From positions 1 through 30,404 of the forward strand of contig JBDKFG010000071.1 of NCBI GenBank assembly GCA_039798785.1: a stretch of DNA of 30,404 bases, read 5' to 3'. Source of the stretch: Verrucomicrobiota bacterium. Lineage in GTDB: Bacteria; Verrucomicrobiota; Lentisphaeria; Lentisphaerales; Lentisphaeraceae. This document shows, in pieces, positions 1 through 9,423 of this stretch (its first letter is position 1; every line of letters starts with the position of its first letter). The translations under genes and the position numbers were made by a program. The notes beneath the pieces were generated by a model, which saw only the letters and a program-made list of their open reading frames with translations, made no database searches and was not told where the DNA came from.

Positions 1-55
1 TGAAGTCGCACAACGCGAGCTCAGAGATCTGGACAAGGCATCATTGAGCTACAGT

Positions 56-2188
56 TCATTGTATCTCGGCATACTTGATCTGAGTATTTTTAAGGATTTT
101 TTTATCGCCGGGATAGCTCTGCACCGAGTAGTCTTCGATCAAGACGGAACCGGGGAGCTTGGGATCGAGGGTGATCGGCTTGCCGTGAGGATCTTGAAGA
201 TGCTTGGGACGGAATCGCGATTCAAGTTCTTCGATATGGAGCGGGAGTTTGCCGGTGGCGAGTTGTTGGCGTTTCTGGGCGATCAAGAGCAACTGGGCAC
301 GTTGATGCCGGATCGCGCGGACGAGGTGATCATATCCGGAATTACGACATTGAGTCGCCAGGAGTTTACCCGCCTGGTTGCGACGGGGCCAGAAGCCCAT
401 CAGAATCAGGTTGTTGAGGGTGCGCGTCGAGGACATCAGGCTAGTGCAGGTGTTTTTCGAGAGACAGTCTGGTGCCAATTGGCGAGGCAGCTCCTGCGGC
501 CAAAGGGTTTGCTGCAAAGCGAAGGCCTCAAGCAGCTGGCGACGGCTAGCCTGGGGGTGGAAAGACCAGGGGTTGGCGAAGAGGCTGGCAAAAATTTTCT
601 CTGGTTTCCCAGGCGGGCAACAGCAAGTGCCGAGATAAGCAAGAGATCCTTGGTGGACACCCTCCAATGCGTGATCGAAATTAACCAGGATCATTCGCTG
701 TTGGACGGCTAGCAATTCCTGAGCTTCGGGGAGACTGAGAACCACGCGTTCGAGTCGTACAAGTTGCCCTGCATCGAGTTCGGCGATGAGATGGGCATTG
801 GGGAGAGAGAATTGGCGCCAAGTGCCGTAGGGGGCTGCTATATCGCGGGTCAACAGGGTGTCGACTTTGTGACGCAGTTCGTAGCAGGTGAGGCTGCGTT
901 CGTAATCACGGTGATAGAGGGCTTCACTGGCGGCATGATTCAGATAGCGTTCGAGACCATGGATCAAAGGAGCCGCTAGGTAAGGCTTGTGATCGTGATT
1001 AAAATCCGTTTGCAGGGCGTGTTTGTCTTTCAGACTGCAGAAGATCGGCGCGGTCAGGGCTTGATCAAGAGCGGATTCGAGTTGCTGCCATTGAGCCGAT
1101 TCCTTCAGGAATTTACGCCAGAGGGGATGATCTGGTTTGTTCTCATTGGAGTAGTAGCTGAACTTGAAGAGGGCCATATTCTGTAGCTTTTCCAAGCGCT
1201 CTTGCAGGATCGGGGCGCCATTGCCGGCATCGCTCCAAGGCAGGCTTTCTGGAAGGCGCAAGTTTTCCGGAGGAACTGGGGCGTCTTCGTCGATGCTGCC
1301 GAGAACGAGAATCAGCACCAGTCCGGCGGCGATCCAGCGTCGGGCTAGACGAGGGCGTGACTGCCAGAGGCGACGGAAAAGCTGGAAGGGGCGCAACAAA
1401 ATCAGCGGCAGGAGCGGGGACAAGAGGGCGAGCCCGATGACCGTGCTGGTCCATAAACTATGGATCAGGGCAACGGCGAGTTGGAGGCCGATGAGGGGAA
1501 TCTGGGAAAGCAGGAGAAAATAGAACTCTGAGGCATCCAAGGAAAAGCGCCCTGCCTTGCGCTGCCAATTGAGGGCCAGGATGGGGATGAGAGCCAAGAA
1601 GACTGCGGGAATGAGGAACGCGGGAGGGAAAGAGAAATCCTGGAGGATCATGAGCCAAAGGATGACGGAGCCGATCACAGCCGGAAGCAAGGGCAGCCAA
1701 AACGGAAGGCCTGGCTCGAGTTGGACGAAGCTATCCTTGATTGATAGCAGCTTGGGGCAAAGCCGAGTTGTGCTCAAACTCGCAGCTTTCAGGAGCCAGC
1801 CAGAGGCCCAAACCAGCCCCAGAAGAACGGGGATTTGCACAAAAAGCCGAAGGGTGATGTCGTCCCGACTATGATAAGGGATGATATGGATCGAGTACTC
1901 AATCAAGCCATTGATGGGCAGGATCCAGGTCAAGAACATCAGGCTTTCCCAGCCGATTCCGGGTGGCCAGGGAGCAAGATGGCGACTCCAATTCTCCACC
2001 CATGAATTGCGAGCCAAGGCCAGGGTCAAGGCGCCGATGAGCAGAACGCATCCGGCGAGAATGAGGAATTGGTGGTAGAGGCTCGCGGGTAAGAGCGTCG
2101 ACAGCCGGTCATACGTGCTGCTGAGCAGCAGTGAGCTCAGGCCGCAGGCGTGGACGGCGAGAGCTCGGGAAATGTGGGATCTGGGCAT
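56..2188 (-). CDS. Hypothetical membrane protein (multi-TM N-terminus, soluble C-terminal domain)
   Basis: 710-aa ORF with many hydrophobic segments in the first ~300 aa and a C-terminal motif ATGKLP..IEEL...F.PK.LQDPHGKP. Its start lies just downstream of moeB on the same strand. Confidence 0.7.
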   Translation of the reverse strand: MPRSHISRALAVHACGLSSLLLSSTYDRLSTLLPASLYHQFLILAGCVLLIGALTLALARNSWVENWSRHLAPWPPGIGWESLMFLTWILPINGLIEYSIHIIPYHSRDDITLRLFVQIPVLLGLVWASGWLLKAASLSTTRLCPKLLSIKDSFVQLEPGLPFWLPLLPAVIGSVILWLMILQDFSFPPAFLIPAVFLALIPILALNWQRKAGRFSLDASEFYFLLLSQIPLIGLQLAVALIHSLWTSTVIGLALLSPLLPLILLRPFQLFRRLWQSRPRLARRWIAAGLVLILVLGSIDEDAPVPPENLRLPESLPWSDAGNGAPILQERLEKLQNMALFKFSYYSNENKPDHPLWRKFLKESAQWQQLESALDQALTAPIFCSLKDKHALQTDFNHDHKPYLAAPLIHGLERYLNHAASEALYHRDYERSLTCYELRHKVDTLLTRDIAAPYGTWRQFSLPNAHLIAELDAGQLVRLERVVLSLPEAQELLAVQQRMILVNFDHALEGVHQGSLAYLGTCCCPPGKPEKIFASLFANPWSFHPQASRRQLLEAFALQQTLWPQELPRQLAPDCLSKNTCTSLMSSTRTLNNLILMGFWPRRNQAGKLLATQCRNSGYDHLVRAIRHQRAQLLLIAQKRQQLATGKLPLHIEELESRFRPKHLQDPHGKPITLDPKLPGSVLIEDYSVQSYPGDKKILKNTQIKYAEIQ

Positions 2189-2246
2189 GTTGGCTTCTCC
2201 AAGCCCAATCTACTGCCACGGGAATGGCGATGCCAAGAATGGAGTT

Positions 2247-3371
2247 TCAGTATTTCGGCATGTCCATGTCGATTTCATCGGCCCAGAGATCGACTCCACC
2301 TTGCAGGGATCGGACGTTGGTGAAGCCGGCGGCGGCGAGGAGCTCTCGCGCTTTCAGGGAGCGGACGCCGTGGTGGCAGATGCAGCGGATGGGAAGATCA
2401 CGCGGGAGCTTGTCGAGGTTCTGAGGAACTTGGCCGAGGGGGATGTTGATCGAGCCGGCGATGGCGACGCTGGAGAACTCCCAGGTTTCGCGGACATCGA
2501 GGAGGCAGAGAGCTTGGCCTGACTCGATCTCTTGCTGCAGTTGACTCGGGGAGATTTCGATTTCGGGGGAGCTTTTGCTGGTGCAGCTCCAGTTCAATTC
2601 GCTCAAGTGGTGGATGCTGGCTTGCTGGCCGCAGAGCGGGCAGGAGGGATCGCGAGGCAGTTTGAAGCTCTGGAATTGATTTTGGAGGAGGTCGCAGGTG
2701 AGGACTTGTCCGGCGAGGCTGGTGCCGATGCCGGCGAGGAATTTCACGGCTTCCGAGGCCATCAGGCTGCCGCACAAACCGGGGAGGACGCCGAGGACGC
2801 CGGCTTCGTCGCAGTTGGGGATGCTGCCGGCGTCGGGCGGTTCCGGGAAGAGGCAGCGGTAGCAGGGGAGGGAGGGGGCGGCGTTGAACAGCGACAGCTG
2901 GGCGGAGAATTGATGAATGGCGCCGAAGACCAGGGGGCGCTTGGCGAAGAAGCAGGCGTCGTTGGCGAGGTATCGGGTGGGGAAGTTGTCGGAGCCGTCG
3001 ACGACGAGGTCATGGGAGCTGACCAGTTCGGCGGCGTTATCGAGCTGGAAACGTTCTTGCCGGGCGCTGATGTGGATATAGGGATTGTTGGCGCGGAGGC
3101 GGGCGGCGAGGACTTCGGCTTTGGGGGCGCCGACATCGGCGGCGGTGAAGGCGACTTGGCGGTGGAGGTTGCTTTCGTCGACGGTATCGGGATCAATGAG
3201 GGTGATCCTGCCGATGCCGGCGGCGGCGAGGTAGGTGGCGGCGGGGCAGCCGAGGCCGCCGCAGCCGATGATCAGGACCGAGGAAGACTTGAGTTTTTCC
3301 TGTCCGGAGGGGCCCAATTCCTTCAGCAGCAGATGGCGGCTGTAGTGGCGGTTTTCGGCGGCGGTCAACAT
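2247..3371 (-). CDS. moeB: MoeB/ThiF-family adenylyltransferase with C-terminal rhodanese domain
   Basis: YSRH, GCGGLG, D.VDESNLHRQ, CYRC and CPLC zinc motifs; rhodanese LDVRE and CHHGVRS. Confidence 0.93.
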   Translation of the reverse strand: MLTAAENRHYSRHLLLKELGPSGQEKLKSSSVLIIGCGGLGCPAATYLAAAGIGRITLIDPDTVDESNLHRQVAFTAADVGAPKAEVLAARLRANNPYIHISARQERFQLDNAAELVSSHDLVVDGSDNFPTRYLANDACFFAKRPLVFGAIHQFSAQLSLFNAAPSLPCYRCLFPEPPDAGSIPNCDEAGVLGVLPGLCGSLMASEAVKFLAGIGTSLAGQVLTCDLLQNQFQSFKLPRDPSCPLCGQQASIHHLSELNWSCTSKSSPEIEISPSQLQQEIESGQALCLLDVRETWEFSSVAIAGSINIPLGQVPQNLDKLPRDLPIRCICHHGVRSLKARELLAAAGFTNVRSLQGGVDLWADEIDMDMPKY

Positions 3372-3386
3372 CGGGGGTTCCTCGGG

Positions 3387-3520
3387 GATTCAAGATTCAA
3401 GATTCAAGATTCAAGATTCAAGATTCAAGATTCAAGATTCAAGATTCAAGATTCAAGATTCAAGATTCAAGATTCAAGATTCAAGTCAAGATTCAAGATT
3501 CAAGATTCAAGATTCAAGAT
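3387..3520. repeat. Heptamer tandem array (GATTCAA)14-GTCAA-(GATTCAA)4-GAT
   Basis: Counted directly; it ends 15 nt upstream of the moeB ATG. Confidence 0.98.
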
Positions 3521-3566
3521 GACGGCAGCGAAATCAAACACATCAAGCGAGCTGCGCGTGAACTTC

Positions 3567-3603
3567 AGGATGTGACTCGATCGGGACGATCGAGCCACAT
3601 CCT
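3567..3603 (-). repeat. REP-like palindrome/hairpin (GTGGCTCGA family)
   Basis: Minus strand AGGATGTGGCTCGATCG-TCC-CGATCGAGTCACATCCT, a 17-bp stem with one G-T pair; related copies at 19014 and 20423. Confidence 0.75.
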
Positions 3604-3673
3604 AAGCAGACTTGCATATCGAAAGAATTCAGGCCCTATAGCGGCTATAGGACCTGGGGGGCGTCAAGAAATC

Positions 3674-4078
3674 TCAGCGGACTTCGTCGGCATGGCGGGG
3701 TTGTTCGCGGGGGGCGCGGCGGGGCTGGTTTTCCTCCCAGGAGCCGACGGGATGGGGGCGGGGGTTGTGTTCCCACATGCCGGAGCTGAAGGGGTCGAGG
3801 ATATCCTGGAGGCGTTCGCTGGGGGGGATGAGGAAGTTGCCGTTGACATCGGACTGGAGGCCTTTCCACATGCCGGGGAAGATGCCGACGGCGGTGCCGC
3901 CGAGCCAGGTGAGGGGGGCGACGGCCATGACCGCGACAGGCTGGTCCATGTTCTTGGTGGCGGCGATGGTGAGGGAGGCGCCGCCGGAGAAGGGGCCGCT
4001 GAGGGTGCCGTAGAGGGTGCCGCAGCTTTGCGACAGGAGGGCGAAGGCGGCGATGGCGACGAGGCTTCGAGTTTTCAT
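3674..4078 (-). CDS. Small lipoprotein, possibly YceK/YidQ-like
   Basis: Signal peptide ending LLSQSC; the start overlaps the stop of the upstream CNNM gene (ATGA). Confidence 0.7.
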   Translation of the reverse strand: MKTRSLVAIAAFALLSQSCGTLYGTLSGPFSGGASLTIAATKNMDQPVAVMAVAPLTWLGGTAVGIFPGMWKGLQSDVNGNFLIPPSERLQDILDPFSSGMWEHNPRPHPVGSWEENQPRRAPREQPRHADEVR

Positions 4079-5376
4079 GTGGGGTTTCCTTGTGGGGTTT
4101 CGGGCGAGGGGAGGGGGACGCGATGGAGGCGCAGGCGGCGGACGGCGCGTTCATCGGCCTCGACGATTTCGAGTTCCAGGCCGGCGGCGGCGCTGAGCCG
4201 GCTGCCTTTGAGGGGGATGCGGCCGGAGATCATGCCGACGAAGGAGCCGATGTTGGGGCATTCCTCGGGCAGGCGGTACGGGTAGTCGCCGAGGGCTTCG
4301 TTGATATCGGAGATCGGGGCGCGCGGATCCAGGAGAAGGCTACCGGACTCTTCGGGACGGAGGAGGAGGTCCTCTTCGTCGTCGAATTCATCGCGGACTT
4401 CGCCGACGAGTTCTTCGACGACGTCTTCGAAAGTGATTATGCCGGCGGTGCCGCCGTATTCGTCTTGGACGATGGCGAGGTGGCCGCGGCGGCGGCGGAA
4501 GAAGTCGAGAAGGCGGGACAGGCTCATGCCTTCTTCGACGAAGAGCGGCGGGCGGGCGAGTTCGGCGGCGCTGCGTCCGACGAGTTTTTCCGGGACGAGC
4601 AGATCGCGGGCGTGGAGGACGCCGCAGATCTGGTCGAGGTTGTTGCGGTAGACGGGGACGCGGGAGTAGCCGTTGGCGCCTAGGAAGTCTCGGGCTTCTT
4701 CGGCGCTCAACTCGGCTTTAACGGCGGCGACGCGGGTGCGCGGGGTCATGGCTTGGACGACGGGGGAGTCGCCGAGGTGGAAGACCGCCTTGATCATGCG
4801 GCGTTCCCCGACTTCGAGGGTGGATGGGCCGTTGCCGGGGATGGTTTCGACGAGGGAGAGGATTTCGTCTTCGGCGCTGGTCTTGTGTTCGGAGCTTTCG
4901 GCGAGGTCTTCGAGTTGGCGGGCGTGGGCGGCGGGGCGGACCAGGGCGAGGTAGGGCTTGAAGAGGAGGCGGGCAATGCCGATGGCGGGCATGGAGAAGC
5001 GCAGGAGCTGGCGGTGGTAGGCGGCGACGAGGTTGGAGCCGATGCCTTCCTTGACCAGCAGGTAAATCAGCAGGAGAAAGACAAAGATGAGTTGCTGCGC
5101 CCAATCGAGCAAGGGGAGGACGGGGTTGAGGATGGTGACGTTGAAGGCGACCAGCATCCAGGCGGCGGCGGCGAAATAGCTGAGTGCGCGGATGACGAAG
5201 CCGAATTCCTTGCGGCGGGCCAGCCAGGTGCGGAGGGTTTCGGCTTCGTCATCGGGCAGCTTGCGGGCCATGCCGGGGGTTAAGTCGAGCAAGGCGGCGC
5301 GGACGCCGTCGAGCCAGATGGCGAGGAGGAGGAGGACGCCGAGGAGGCCGAGGCTGGCGCTGACGCTGGGGTTCAT
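4075..5376 (-). CDS. Hemolysin-family/CNNM protein (DUF21 TM domain, CBS pair, CorC_HlyC domain)
   Basis: N-terminal TM helices; MTPR, GYSRVPVY and DEYGGTAGIITFEDVVEELVGEVRDEFD motifs; adjacent to ybeY as is typical. Confidence 0.92.
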   Translation of the reverse strand: MNPSVSASLGLLGVLLLLAIWLDGVRAALLDLTPGMARKLPDDEAETLRTWLARRKEFGFVIRALSYFAAAAWMLVAFNVTILNPVLPLLDWAQQLIFVFLLLIYLLVKEGIGSNLVAAYHRQLLRFSMPAIGIARLLFKPYLALVRPAAHARQLEDLAESSEHKTSAEDEILSLVETIPGNGPSTLEVGERRMIKAVFHLGDSPVVQAMTPRTRVAAVKAELSAEEARDFLGANGYSRVPVYRNNLDQICGVLHARDLLVPEKLVGRSAAELARPPLFVEEGMSLSRLLDFFRRRRGHLAIVQDEYGGTAGIITFEDVVEELVGEVRDEFDDEEDLLLRPEESGSLLLDPRAPISDINEALGDYPYRLPEECPNIGSFVGMISGRIPLKGSRLSAAAGLELEIVEADERAVRRLRLHRVPLPSPETPQGNPT

Positions 5377-5885
5377 GAGAGTTTCTCGCAGAGCAGGGGA
5401 GTTTCGCCATGCTTCAGACGGAGGGATGCGAGGCTGCGGCGTTCTGCGGCACGCATCAGGCGGCGGTCGCGGGGGTCGTGATCGTCGTAGCCTCTGAGGT
5501 GAAGCAGGCCGTGGACGATGTAAAGCAGCAGTTCATCGCTGAGGGAGCGTTGGCGCTCGGCAGCTTCGCGGCTGGCGGTGTCGAGGGAGATGTAGATCTC
5601 GCCCGGGACGAAGGGCTCGTCCTCCTCGTCCAGGCCTTCCTGCCAATCGGCGAGGTAGTCGAAGGTGATGACATCGGTGGGGCCTTCGTGGCGGAGGTGC
5701 TTCCAGTTGAATTCGGCCATGGCCTTGTCTCCCATCAGGACGATGGGGATCTCGAGGAATCTGGCTCCGGGGGTGCGGCTGCCGAGGCGGGTTGCGGCAA
5801 AGGCCGCCTGGCAGGAATGCAGGAGATTCCGCCGCTCGATGCGGTAGGCCGTGCTGCGGCAGTTGAGGGTGAATCGGATTTCCAT
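5373..5885 (-). CDS. ybeY: rRNA maturation endoribonuclease YbeY
   Basis: PTDVITF, GEIYIS and HGLLHLRGYDDH motifs. Start placed at MEIRF because the longer ORF runs through a terminator and another gene. Confidence 0.93.
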   Translation of the reverse strand: MEIRFTLNCRSTAYRIERRNLLHSCQAAFAATRLGSRTPGARFLEIPIVLMGDKAMAEFNWKHLRHEGPTDVITFDYLADWQEGLDEEDEPFVPGEIYISLDTASREAAERQRSLSDELLLYIVHGLLHLRGYDDHDPRDRRLMRAAERRSLASLRLKHGETPLLCEKLS

Positions 5886-5903
5886 GGATGGAAGCGGCTC
5901 GGC

Positions 5904-5943
5904 AAGAGAAAAGCCGCCGGTCCCCGAGGGGAAGACAGCGGCT
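5904..5943 (-). terminator. Rho-independent terminator after acpP-fabF-lipoprotein
   Basis: Minus strand AGCCGCTGTCTTCCCCTCGGGGACCGGCGGCT followed by TTTCTCTT. Confidence 0.65.
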
Positions 5944-5970
5944 CGTCTCAAGCAGGACTGATGCTGCTGC

Positions 5971-6156
5971 TTATTGTTTGACTTCCGAAGGAGCGGTGTA
6001 GCTCGGGCGTTCCCATTCGGGGTAGGAGGCCTCGATTGCCTGGGCCCAGCTTTCTTCAAGTTGGGGGAGCTTTTCGGATTTGACGCCTTCGGGGCTGGAG
6101 GAGCCGCAGGAGGCGAAGAGGGCGGCGGCGAAGCCGGCGAGGATGATTTTTTTCAT
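5971..6156 (-). CDS. Small 61-aa lipoprotein of unknown function
   Basis: MKKIILAGFAAALFASC signal/lipobox; the ATG overlaps the fabF stop; a terminator follows. Confidence 0.8.
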   Translation of the reverse strand: MKKIILAGFAAALFASCGSSSPEGVKSEKLPQLEESWAQAIEASYPEWERPSYTAPSEVKQ

Positions 6157-7394
6157 TTGAACTTCCTGACGAGGCTGACGGCGTTGTGGCCGCCGAAGCC
6201 GAGGTTGATGTTCAAGGCGACGTCGACGGTCACCTTGCGGGCGGCGTTCGGGACATAGTCGAGATCGCAGTCCGGGTCGGGGGTGGTGTAGTTGATCGTC
6301 GGAGGAACGACATCGTGTTGGCAGGCGAGGGCGCAGACGATGGTTTCGAGACCGCCGGCGGCGCCGAGAGTGTGGCCGGTCATCGACTTGGTCGAGGAGA
6401 TCGCGACCTTGCGGGCGTGATCGCCGAGGACGCTCTTGATGGCGACGGTCTCGAACTTGTCGTTGAAAGGGGTGGAGGTGCCGTGGGCGTTGATGTAGCT
6501 GATGGCATCTGGCGAGATCTTTGCGTGGCCGAGGGCCATGCGGATCGCGGCGGCGGCGCCGGCGCCATCTTCCGCCGGGGCGGTGATGTGGTTGGCGTCG
6601 GCGGTGGCGCCATAGCCGATGAGTTCAGCGATGATCTTGGCGCCGCGGGTCTGGGCCGATTCGAGGGTTTCAAGGACGAGGATGCCCGCGCCTTCACCCA
6701 TGACAAAGCCGTCGCGATCCTTGTCGAAGGGGCGGGAGGCGGCCTGGGGGGCGTCGTTGCGGGTGGAGAGGGCGCGCATCGAGGCGAAACCGCCGATGCC
6801 GAGGGGGGTGATGGCGGCTTCGGCCCCGCCGCAGACCATGACGTCCGCATCGCCGCGCTGCAGGATCCAGAAGGCTTCGCCGATCGAGTGGGTCGCGGTG
6901 GCGCAAGCCGAGACGACGGCGAAGTTGGGGCCTTTGAAGCCGTGGCGGATGGAGATGTAGCCGGCAGCCATGTCGACGATCATCTTGGGGATCATCATCG
7001 GGCCGATGCGGCGGGCGCCGCCTTTCAGCATCGCTTCGTGTTCGGCTTCGATGGTCTTGAGACCGCCGATGCCGGAGCCGACGTTGCAGCCGATGCGTTC
7101 GGCGGGGATGCCGCTGTTCTTCAATCCGGCCTGGGCCACGGCTTCCTCGGCGGCGCCGATCGCCAGCTGGACGAAGCGGTCGAGCTTCTGGGCTTCCTTG
7201 GCGTCGACGAAGTCGGTGGGGTTGAAGCCCTTGACTTCGCCGGCGAAGGTGACCCGATGACCTTCCGTGTTGAACTGGGTGATCGGTGCGATGCCGCTGC
7301 GTCCGGCGAGAAGGGCCTCCCAAAACTCCTGGGTGTTATTGCCGATGGAGCTGAGGATGCCTGTGCCGGTGATGACGATGCGTTTCAGTTGCAT
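6153..7394 (-). CDS. fabF: 3-oxoacyl-ACP synthase II
   Basis: SACAT catalytic Cys, RPFDKDRDGFVMGEGAG, NAHGTST, STKSMTGH, GFGGHN. Confidence 0.97.
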   Translation of the reverse strand: MQLKRIVITGTGILSSIGNNTQEFWEALLAGRSGIAPITQFNTEGHRVTFAGEVKGFNPTDFVDAKEAQKLDRFVQLAIGAAEEAVAQAGLKNSGIPAERIGCNVGSGIGGLKTIEAEHEAMLKGGARRIGPMMIPKMIVDMAAGYISIRHGFKGPNFAVVSACATATHSIGEAFWILQRGDADVMVCGGAEAAITPLGIGGFASMRALSTRNDAPQAASRPFDKDRDGFVMGEGAGILVLETLESAQTRGAKIIAELIGYGATADANHITAPAEDGAGAAAAIRMALGHAKISPDAISYINAHGTSTPFNDKFETVAIKSVLGDHARKVAISSTKSMTGHTLGAAGGLETIVCALACQHDVVPPTINYTTPDPDCDLDYVPNAARKVTVDVALNINLGFGGHNAVSLVRKFK

Positions 7395-7418
7395 GGAAGC
7401 GTGGCCGCCTGGGGAAGA

Positions 7419-7652
7419 TTACTTTTTCGACTCGATGTACTTGACGGCTTCACCGACGGAGGTGAGCTTGGCCTGATCTTCGTCGGGGATGGTGAGGCCG
7501 AAATCTTCTTCGAGTTTCATGACCAGTTCGACGGTGTCGAGAGAGTCGGCGCCGAGGTCTTCGATGAACTTGGCTTCGTCTTTGCACTGTTCTTTGGTGA
7601 CGTTGAGTTTATCAACAACGATCTGGATGACTTTGGCGCGGATGTCGGACAT
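7419..7652 (-). CDS. acpP: Acyl carrier protein
   Basis: DLGADSLDTVELVM phosphopantetheine motif; GAGGAG RBS upstream of MSDIR. Confidence 0.97.
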   Translation of the reverse strand: MSDIRAKVIQIVVDKLNVTKEQCKDEAKFIEDLGADSLDTVELVMKLEEDFGLTIPDEDQAKLTSVGEAVKYIESKK

Positions 7653-7786
7653 GTTAGGAGCTCCTCTAGGGTTGATTTCGATGATATGACGCGCCATAGA
7701 GTGAACGCGTCCGGGGATTTTTCAAGTGCCCGAGACTCGGGGCGGAAGGCTTACGACGGGAAAATCTCAAACGCTCGGCTCGGCAT

Positions 7787-8704
7787 TCACGCCATCGGCA
7801 GCCGGAACCACAGGTAGGCGTAGAAGAGGGGGGACACCAGGATGAGGGAATCGAGGACGTCGAGGACGCCGCCCATGCCGGGGAGGATGCTGCCGGAGTC
7901 CTTCAGTCCCGAGACCCGTTTCATCACCGATTCGCTGACATCGCCGATGAAGCCGAGGATGGCGCAGACGGTGCCGACGATGATGCAGTCCCAGGCGTTG
8001 AGGCCGCGGCCGCTGCCGTTGTGGAATTCGAGAAGGCAGGAGCCGAGCCTGCCGTCGCTGAGGTGCAGGAAGAGGAAGGCGACGCCGATGCTGAAGGCGA
8101 TGCCGCCAAAGAAGCCTTCCCAGGATTTTCCGGGGCTGAGGCGGGGGGCGATCTTATGGTTGCCGCCGGGGAGGAGCTTGTGGGAAGTCATGCCGACGAA
8201 GTAGGCGCCGACGTCGGAGGCCTTGGTGACGGCGATGATGAAGAAGGTGAGTTTGCGTTCATCGCCGCTGATGTTGAGGCCGCAACCGAAATAGACCATG
8301 GCGAGGAACCAGGTGGGGATGACCAGGTAGGTGAAGCATGCCAGGGTGGCGGTCATTTTCATCAGGCCCTGTTTCAGGTCGGCTTCGCGCAGGACTTTCG
8401 AGAAGCCGCCGATGAGGAGGAAGCTGATGGTGGCGGCGAAGCCGGCGAAGGAGAGGTTCTTCTTGCCGAAGAAATCCTCAAAGAAGGCGCCGTAGACCGG
8501 CAGGATGGCGCAGAGTCCGGCGATCCAGGAGTAGCCTTTGGAGTAGATCAGCGAAGACATGTTCAGGAATTCGCGGGTGCCCTTGACCACCAGGAGGGTG
8601 GCGAAGGCGAGGAAGAAGAGCTGGCCGGGGAGGCCTTTCCACAGCAGAGAGCCGCTAAGGAGGCTGAGCAGGATGGTGGCGGAAAGCAGGCGGTGTTTCA
8701 GCAT
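7787..8704 (-). CDS. cdsA: Phosphatidate cytidylyltransferase
   Basis: SDVGAYFVG, SPGKSWEG and GDVSESVMKR...KDSG.ILPGMGGVLD motifs; directly downstream of uppS. Confidence 0.95.
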   Translation of the reverse strand: MLKHRLLSATILLSLLSGSLLWKGLPGQLFFLAFATLLVVKGTREFLNMSSLIYSKGYSWIAGLCAILPVYGAFFEDFFGKKNLSFAGFAATISFLLIGGFSKVLREADLKQGLMKMTATLACFTYLVIPTWFLAMVYFGCGLNISGDERKLTFFIIAVTKASDVGAYFVGMTSHKLLPGGNHKIAPRLSPGKSWEGFFGGIAFSIGVAFLFLHLSDGRLGSCLLEFHNGSGRGLNAWDCIIVGTVCAILGFIGDVSESVMKRVSGLKDSGSILPGMGGVLDVLDSLILVSPLFYAYLWFRLPMA

Positions 8705-9417
8705 CAGAGGCCTCCGAAGCGGCGTTGGCGTTGGCGGAACTCCTCCAGGGCGGCGCGGAAATCCGCCTCGCCGAAGTCCGGCCAGAGAGTGGGCGTGACG
8801 ACGATTTCGGCGTAGGCGAGCTGCCAGGGGAGGAAGTTGGAAGTGCGCAGCTCGCCGGAACTGCGGATCATCAGTTCCGGATCGGGAAGGCCGGCGGTGT
8901 CGAGGCTGGCGCTGATCAGGTTTTCGTCGATGGCGGTGGCGTCGAGGAGCCCTGACTTGACTTCGATGGCGAGTTGGCGGGCGGCGCGAGCCAGTTCATC
9001 ACGGCCGCCGTAGTCGAGGGCGATGACGAGGGTGAGACGGTCGAAGCTTGCGGTCTCCGCGAGGATCCAGTCCATCGTCTCGAGAAGGGCGGGCGGCAGG
9101 CGGTCGCGGCGGCCTATGAAACGGAGGCGGACCCCCTGCTGGCGGAAGAGATCGACATGGCCGCGGATCACCTCGACGAAGAGGCTCATCAGGCCGCTGA
9201 CTTCGCTGTCCGGGCGTTTCCAGTTCTCGGTGGAAAAAGAATAAAGCGTCAAAACCCGCACCCCGTGAGAGAGGGCGGCTTCGACGCTGCGGATGACGGC
9301 GGCGACTCCGGCGGCGTGGCCGAAGATGCGCTCTTCACCCCGCGCCTTGGCCCAGCGTCCGTTGCCATCCATGATGATGGCGACGTGCTGCGGGATCGGC
9401 TGGGGCGACGAGCTCAT
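8704..9417 (-). CDS. uppS: Undecaprenyl diphosphate synthase
   Basis: HVAIIMDGNGRWA, FSTENWKRP, IRSSGELRTSNFLPWQ. Confidence 0.97.
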   Translation of the reverse strand: MSSSPQPIPQHVAIIMDGNGRWAKARGEERIFGHAAGVAAVIRSVEAALSHGVRVLTLYSFSTENWKRPDSEVSGLMSLFVEVIRGHVDLFRQQGVRLRFIGRRDRLPPALLETMDWILAETASFDRLTLVIALDYGGRDELARAARQLAIEVKSGLLDATAIDENLISASLDTAGLPDPELMIRSSGELRTSNFLPWQLAYAEIVVTPTLWPDFGEADFRAALEEFRQRQRRFGGL

Positions 9418-9423
9418 TCAGTC

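Noticed and set aside
5886..6059. N-terminal extension of YbeY in the ORF track
   Set aside because: It overlaps the small lipoprotein gene and a terminator
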